A DNA stretch of 64,000 bases, taken from assembly GCA_963840855.1 (NCBI GenBank), contig CAWJBB010000065.1, positions 64,001 through 128,000 of the forward strand, given 5' to 3'. Position 1 is the stretch's first letter, and every line of letters begins with the position of its first letter. Positions 58,694 through 64,000 of the stretch are shown here, piece by piece. The notes below the pieces were generated by a model that saw only the letters and a list, made by a program, of their open reading frames with translations, made no database searches and had not been told where the DNA came from. This DNA comes from an uncultured delta proteobacterium (GTDB lineage: Bacteria; Desulfobacterota; Binatia; UBA9968). The translations under genes were made by a program, and so were the position numbers.

Positions 58694-59683
58694 CTATTTG
58701 ATCACCTTGTCCGCCCGGTACAGCACAGACTGTGGAATCGTCACGCCGATTTGCTTCGCGGTTTTCAGATTGATGACGAACTCAAACTTGGTTGGCTGTT
58801 CCACGGGTAAATCTGCGGGCTTAGTGCCTTTGAGAATCTTGTCCACGAAAACAGCCGCCCGCCGCCACCGCTCTCCATCGTCAACGCCGTATGAAATCAG
58901 TCCGCCTTCCTCGGCCCAGAGGGCCAGCCCGCACATCGTGGGCAAACGATTCTTGCTGGCAATCTCCAGAAGCGTTTTTCGGTGTCGCAAGGTAACGCTG
59001 CCATGAAAAATGATCAGCCCATCGGCGCGCTCCTTGGTCATTGCGGCGTAGGCGTTCGCAAATTGGCTCGGCTCCTTTACCTGCAAGGATTGAATCTTTA
59101 TTCCTAAAGAGCGCCCCGCTCGGTCTGTTTCTTTCACTTCATCCAGATCGGATCTTGCACCGCCGTGGAGAACGGCTGCTCGCGAGATCTTAGGAAATGT
59201 TTCCTTTAAGAGTTCGAGCCGCTTTGCAGTCATACCCATATCGATGTTCGTGGTTCCGGTCACATTGCCACCGGGACGGGCAAGACTAGCCACCAAACCC
59301 GAAGCCACCAGATCGGTGCCGCTGCCAGCGACAATGGGGATCTTGTTAGTGACTTTCGTGGCTGCCGAAATTGCCGGTCCTCCTGCGACAATAATTTCAA
59401 CTCCAAGTCCGACCAATTCTGTAGCCAAACCTTGCAACCGTTCCCGTTTGCCCTCGGCGTAGCGAGTTTCGACGATAAGGTTCTGACCCTCGACATAACC
59501 CAACTCCCGCAAACGCTGGCGAAAGGCCTCTTGGTAAGGCGTGCCGGTATTCATTAAGAATCCAATCCGGCGGACCTTAGTCGCCTGCTGGGCCTGGGCT
59601 AGTTGGCGGTCGGTCAAAGTAAAGAAAGCAAGTGCGACTAGAAGAAATTTGAAAGTTCCGAATGTGGACCTGTGAGTCGGCAT
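58694..59683 (-). CDS. ABC transporter substrate-binding protein (ABC_sub_bind type)
   Basis: LRELGYVEGQN, LARPGGNVTG, KRLELLKE, PADLPVEQPTKFE.VINLKTA. Confidence 0.92.
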   Translation of the reverse strand: MPTHRSTFGTFKFLLVALAFFTLTDRQLAQAQQATKVRRIGFLMNTGTPYQEAFRQRLRELGYVEGQNLIVETRYAEGKRERLQGLATELVGLGVEIIVAGGPAISAATKVTNKIPIVAGSGTDLVASGLVASLARPGGNVTGTTNIDMGMTAKRLELLKETFPKISRAAVLHGGARSDLDEVKETDRAGRSLGIKIQSLQVKEPSQFANAYAAMTKERADGLIIFHGSVTLRHRKTLLEIASKNRLPTMCGLALWAEEGGLISYGVDDGERWRRAAVFVDKILKGTKPADLPVEQPTKFEFVINLKTAKQIGVTIPQSVLYRADKVIK

Positions 59684-60065
59684 TTGTCCTCCTCTCAAGA
59701 AGAGATAAGCGCGATAGAAGGCCCGACCGAAAACCGCCACGTTAAGCGATTAAACTGTCATTCGGCTTCGTTGCCGAACCAAAATGGGTTAGCAAACGGG
59801 AAAGCGTTCTGCTTATCTCACCGCCCGCCTTTCTCTGTCAAGCCTTACTTAAGAACCGTAGGGCAATCGTTATGCCAAGACCAGCAAAGACGGGGATTTG
59901 AGAAAGTACTTGTAATAACGGAAGAATTTTGCGGACCAGAGTCGACGTTACTGATGAAAGATCCGGCGGGGTGTAGTTAATTTGATATACCCCTGTAGCA
60001 AATTTGATCCACCGGACTTCGCAGTTTGAGTGCATCGCCCGGACGCAACGCAGCGAAATCCCGGA

Positions 60066-60121
60066 CACCGTTGCGAAACCCCCGCAGCATGAACCAAGAT
60101 ATTGGTATCGAGCAGGATCAC
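60066..60121 (-). pseudogene. VapC/PIN toxin N-terminal stub
   Basis: GTG start overlaps the antitoxin stop; MILLDTNILVHAA, then runs into a REP-like sequence. Confidence 0.65.
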
Positions 60122-60354
60122 TTCAAGATGTCTCGATAGATGTTCTCACGCCTCAAGCTACCACGGACTTTCCCGGTATAAACCCCGAAGCGCCCGCCTC
60201 TGCTTCGTTGCGCTCTCTCGTGATCCCCTCTGAGGTAGGCTCGAATGGCTGTCTCTACGATCTCTTTGAGGGTCATGTCCTGGTCCAACGCCAGCCTTTT
60301 AATCTGCCGATACAACTCCTTTTCCAATACAATGGTAGTTCTCAAACTTTCCAT
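60118..60354 (-). CDS. ribbon-helix-helix VapB-type antitoxin
   Basis: RTTIVLEKELYRQIKRLA...LKEIVETAIRAYL; GGAGG RBS. Confidence 0.75.
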   Translation of the reverse strand: MESLRTTIVLEKELYRQIKRLALDQDMTLKEIVETAIRAYLRGDHERAQRSRGGRFGVYTGKVRGSLRRENIYRDILK

Positions 60355-60565
60355 GCCGCCAAACCTCCAGGCGTTAAGGCTTACATAAATATGCTTTTAT
60401 GTCAGCACATATTCACTTTCCTTTGCCTCTCAACTTTGCGCAGGGTGGTGAGCATAGTCGAACCACAAGTCGCCAAGTCGGATTCGTTTTTCCTTCGCGC
60501 CTTTACGTCTTTTCTCGAGATATTTTTGGTTGCGGCTTCGCCGCGCTAGACTCTTTGTGGTTAAT

Positions 60566-62140
60566 TCAGAATCCCAGCGCGCAGCCGCCTTTGCGCGGGT
60601 CGGACCCGCCGACGAAAGCTCCGGAGTCGGGATGAATCAGGATCATATGGGCGCCGCCGAAACTTTCGGGATTGCCGCCGACGACTTGATGGCCTCTGCG
60701 AGATAATTCCTGCTTAACGTCAGATGAGAACTCCGGCTCCAATCCAACCTTTGTTGCCTCGATGTGATTGAACCGCGCCGCCGAGATCGCTTGTTGCGGG
60801 GTCATGCCGTGATCTATCAAATTGGCGATGATCTGCGCCTGCACTTGCGGCTGAACATGCCCGCCTTTGAGACCTAACGCGGCGTACGGCTTGCCGTCTT
60901 TGAAAATCATGCCGGGCATGAGCGTATGCACGCAGCGTTTGTGCGGCCCAATGCAGTTAGGATGCGCTTGATCCAGCGAGAAAAGATGCCCGCGATTATG
61001 CAAGATGATTCCAGTCTCAGGCTCGACAACTCCCGAACCGAAGCCCATAAAGTTGCTCTGGATGAAAGACACCAGATTGCCGTCACTGTCGGCTGCGGCG
61101 ACGTACTCGGTATCCGTCCCCGCGCTGATCGATTGGTAGTCATTAGCGGCCCGATCTTGTTGGATCTGGCCGCGCAGCTTCTCCACTCGCGCTTGTGCCA
61201 ACAGACCGTGCACCGAAACTTTCATGTGATCGCGATCCGCTAGCTGTCGATCGCGATCCATAAACGCAAGCTTCTTCGCTTCGATCATTAAATGCAGCGC
61301 CGCCGCGCTCCCCGGACCCAAAGCTTTGAGTTCGAAGCCCTCGAGAATCTTGAGCATCTCCAACGCAACGAATCCCTGCGTGGCCGGCGGCATCTCATAG
61401 ATGTCATAGCCGCGATAATTGGCGGTGATGGGCTCCACCCAATCCGAACCATGATCGGCAAAGTCTTTCAGCGTAAAAAGTCCGCCCAGTCTTTCCGAAC
61501 ACCGAACAATCTTTTCGGCAACGTCGCCCCGGTAGAAATAATCCGACCCTTCATCGGCGATCCGCCGTAGCGTCTTCGCCATGCGCGGGTTCTTAAAAAT
61601 TTCGCCTGCCTTGGGTGTGCGGCCATTGATCAGATAATTCGCGCGCGCGCCTTCATCAGCCTTCAAGCTCGATTCCGACTCATGCCACGACTGCGCGGTC
61701 AGCTCGGCGACCGGAAACCCTTCCTCGGCATGGCGAATCGCCGATCGCAAGACATCGCGGAGACTTTTCGTACCGTAGGAATTGAGCAGCGTTGTCCAAC
61801 CATGCACTGCGCCGGGAACGGTCACGGCGTGAATCCCGCGCTGCGGCATCGCCGTGAATCCGTTCTTGCGGCAAAACTCTAAATCCGCGCCGTAGGGCGA
61901 TCTCCCGCTCGCGTCCAATGCCTTGATCGATTTTTCCCGCGCCGAATAGAACAAACAGAAGGCATCGCCGCCGATACCGATCGACATCGGTTCGACGACG
62001 CCCAACACCGCCGCCGTCGCGACGGCAGCGTCGATGGCATTGCCGCCGTCCAGCAAAACTTGCACGCCGGCCAAGGTTGCCAGGGGCTGGCTGGACGCTA
62101 CCATGCCGTTTTTAGCTACGACCGAAAATGTTCCAGGCAT
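60566..62140 (-). CDS. ggt: gamma-glutamyltransferase
   Basis: GGNAIDAAVA, GIGGD, DT nucleophile site, GFGSG, SDPRKGG. Confidence 0.93.
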   Translation of the reverse strand: MPGTFSVVAKNGMVASSQPLATLAGVQVLLDGGNAIDAAVATAAVLGVVEPMSIGIGGDAFCLFYSAREKSIKALDASGRSPYGADLEFCRKNGFTAMPQRGIHAVTVPGAVHGWTTLLNSYGTKSLRDVLRSAIRHAEEGFPVAELTAQSWHESESSLKADEGARANYLINGRTPKAGEIFKNPRMAKTLRRIADEGSDYFYRGDVAEKIVRCSERLGGLFTLKDFADHGSDWVEPITANYRGYDIYEMPPATQGFVALEMLKILEGFELKALGPGSAAALHLMIEAKKLAFMDRDRQLADRDHMKVSVHGLLAQARVEKLRGQIQQDRAANDYQSISAGTDTEYVAAADSDGNLVSFIQSNFMGFGSGVVEPETGIILHNRGHLFSLDQAHPNCIGPHKRCVHTLMPGMIFKDGKPYAALGLKGGHVQPQVQAQIIANLIDHGMTPQQAISAARFNHIEATKVGLEPEFSSDVKQELSRRGHQVVGGNPESFGGAHMILIHPDSGAFVGGSDPRKGGCALGF

Positions 62141-62326
62141 GATTCTTCCTCGTGATCATGAAAATCTTGTTAGAATTGCTGGCACATTACCTGCTCCCAA
62201 GGTGCTGAAAAACCTCCGTTCACCCTTCGACCAGCTCAGGGCGAACGGAGTTTGCTTTGATTCACTAATAAATTTCCGTTCATGCTGAGTACGTCGAAGC
62301 ATAGAATTCCTTATTTCAGGAGCTTG

Positions 62327-63347
62327 CTAGCGCGTTTTTAAGATCTGCGCATAAAGTTTTACCACTTCATCGTGGCCCTTGTATTCCTCGGGGTGCACGA
62401 CGTAGCGCTTGTAGCCGCGAAAAAGCCGCGCCGGCTTGGGCTCGACATCGCTGCGCGACGGAATGCGTTGAAAATCCCAGAGCTTTTCCTGGCCTTCCTT
62501 GGATAGGGTAAAATCGATGAGCAGTTTGCCCGCGTTGGGATGAGCAGCTTTCGCGCCAAGCATTACCGTGTTCACCGAAATAATGGCGGGCTCCAGCGGT
62601 AACCAATCAATGGGCGCGCCCTTCTCGGCTAAGTTTTGAATGATATTGGCATAGGCGATGACCAGGGGAAACTCGCCGGCGGCGGCGAGCTGAGCGCGAA
62701 CCGTGCTACCCCGCATCGTCACCGGCTCCTGCTCCGCGAGTCTTTTGAGGTAAGCCAAAGCCTTCTCCTTACCCCACACCGAGATCAGTCCCTGTAAAAA
62801 TGTCGTATAACTATCGTCGAGCGAAATTTTCCGTCCCTTCCAGCGCGGTTGCAACAGCTCCTCATAGGTCCGCGGCACGGCTTCACGCTTCAACTGTCTG
62901 GTGTTGTAACCCAGAACAATGGCGTTAACGTAAACGGAGGTCCAGTGATGTTTGGCGTCCTTTAGGTCGGCAGGGATCATCTTTCTTTCCGGGGAATCAT
63001 ACGGCGCCACTAGACCCATGTTCCATCAACGGCAAAAAGATCTCCCCCGTGCCATGGACCACGTCGAAGAGGTATTTTCCGGCTTTCGCCTCGGTCGTTA
63101 TTCGGTTGAGCAAAGCGCCCCCGCCGGAACGGAACACATTGGGTCTCAGGAAGGGATATTTTTTCAGGAAGCGGTCCATGAATTCTTTGCTCTGGTCCAA
63201 ACTCATGGTGGTGTACCAGACGATTTCCCCTTCGCGCCGCGCGGCATCGACCACCTTGGGGTCCGGACTGTCTTGAGAATGAGCAGCGCCGGCAAAAGGT
63301 ATAATCATGCACCCCAGGAGAAGAAACTTCCGCGAAAAACCTTTCAT
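62327..63347 (-). CDS. extracellular solute-binding protein (Fe3+/thiamine-type), 1-nt frameshift near 63020
   Basis: AARREGEIVWYT...EAKAGK, then LVAPYDSP...YEELL.PRWKG...HPNAGKL.IDF.LS.EGQ. Confidence 0.85.
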
Positions 63348-63462
63348 CAGCTTCCTCCTTAATCCTCCGCGGCACTTACCTAAATTACCAGTCTGGAGTC
63401 TGGTAAACCTTTTGTGTTATTCCGGCCAAGCTGGCGATAGCTATCGGCGACCCGGAATCAGG

Positions 63463-63490
63463 GTAGGGGCGGGTTTAAAACCCGCCCTAC
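63463..63490. repeat. GTAG-type REP
   Basis: GTAGGGGCGGGTTTAAAACCCGCCCTAC. Confidence 0.7.
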
Positions 63491-63571
63491 AAGCCCGCCT
63501 GCGCGGGAATGACGACTGATGGAGCGCTGACTTCTCCACCGGATTTCTGAGGCCGCATATTGGGATGAATC

Positions 63572-63925
63572 TTATTTCGGCCAGCGCAGATGAACCGCCA
63601 TATCCACCCAGTGGCCATCGGGGTCCTGCACTCGGTGGTCGGAGTCTTTATCGGACTTGGAGTCGATGTTCACGGGGAAACCATTGGCTTCGAGTCTGCG
63701 TTTAATCTCCTCAAGATCGTCGACTTCGAAGCCGAAATGATTGATGCCTTCCCGCTGATCTTCCCGCTTGACCTCGATGAGCGCGATATTGACGTCGCCA
63801 TCCGACATGTAGATTGCGCCGCCGAATCCGCGCTTGGGTTCCAGTCCGAAAACTTTCTGGTAAAACTCGACCATCCTCTCGCGGTTTTTCGTCATGACCG
63901 CCACATGTCTCACCTTGGGTCGCAT
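63572..63925 (-). CDS. VOC/glyoxalase family protein
   Basis: VRHVAV..FYQKVFGL..GINHFGFEV..DPDGHWVD. Confidence 0.9.
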   Translation of the reverse strand: MRPKVRHVAVMTKNRERMVEFYQKVFGLEPKRGFGGAIYMSDGDVNIALIEVKREDQREGINHFGFEVDDLEEIKRRLEANGFPVNIDSKSDKDSDHRVQDPDGHWVDMAVHLRWPK

Positions 63926-64000
63926 AGTTATTCCTCCTCTACAATTGGGGTTTTTACAGAGAATAGAGCTTCGCGGCGTTGTCGAATAAAATTTCCCGCC

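Overview
Moderately GC-rich bacterial chromosomal segment. The expanded UbiD, NitT/TauT-type SBP, TctC and VOC families suggest Candidatus Binatia or a related deltaproteobacterial lineage (inference). Contents in order: (1) a divergent, sigma54-promoter-driven cluster of small stress proteins (CsbD, DUF1328, DUF3096, BON); (2) toxin-antitoxin relics and an uncharacterised gene pair; (3) a minus-strand type I-B/MYXAN-like CRISPR-Cas locus (WYL regulator, ORF6N protein, cas6-cas3-cas8-cas11-cas7-cas5-cas4/1-cas2, 3-repeat array) with a stand-alone cas11, a tandem operator-like motif before cas6, and frameshifts in cas3 and cas4/1; (4) a sigma54-type J-protein-dnaK-grpE-clpB operon; (5) envelope and housekeeping genes; (6) a catabolic region with three UbiD decarboxylases (one phthaloyl-CoA-decarboxylase-like) and two heme-oxygenase-like diiron proteins; (7) a RAYT with its REPs; (8) a complete IS110 element. 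In the IS110, the CT core, circle-junction promoter and bridge-RNA target and donor guides can be read directly from the sequence and match its REP-like insertion site. Many genes carry 1-nt indels, probably long-read consensus errors, so pseudogene calls are provisional. Family assignments come from motif recognition, not database searches.
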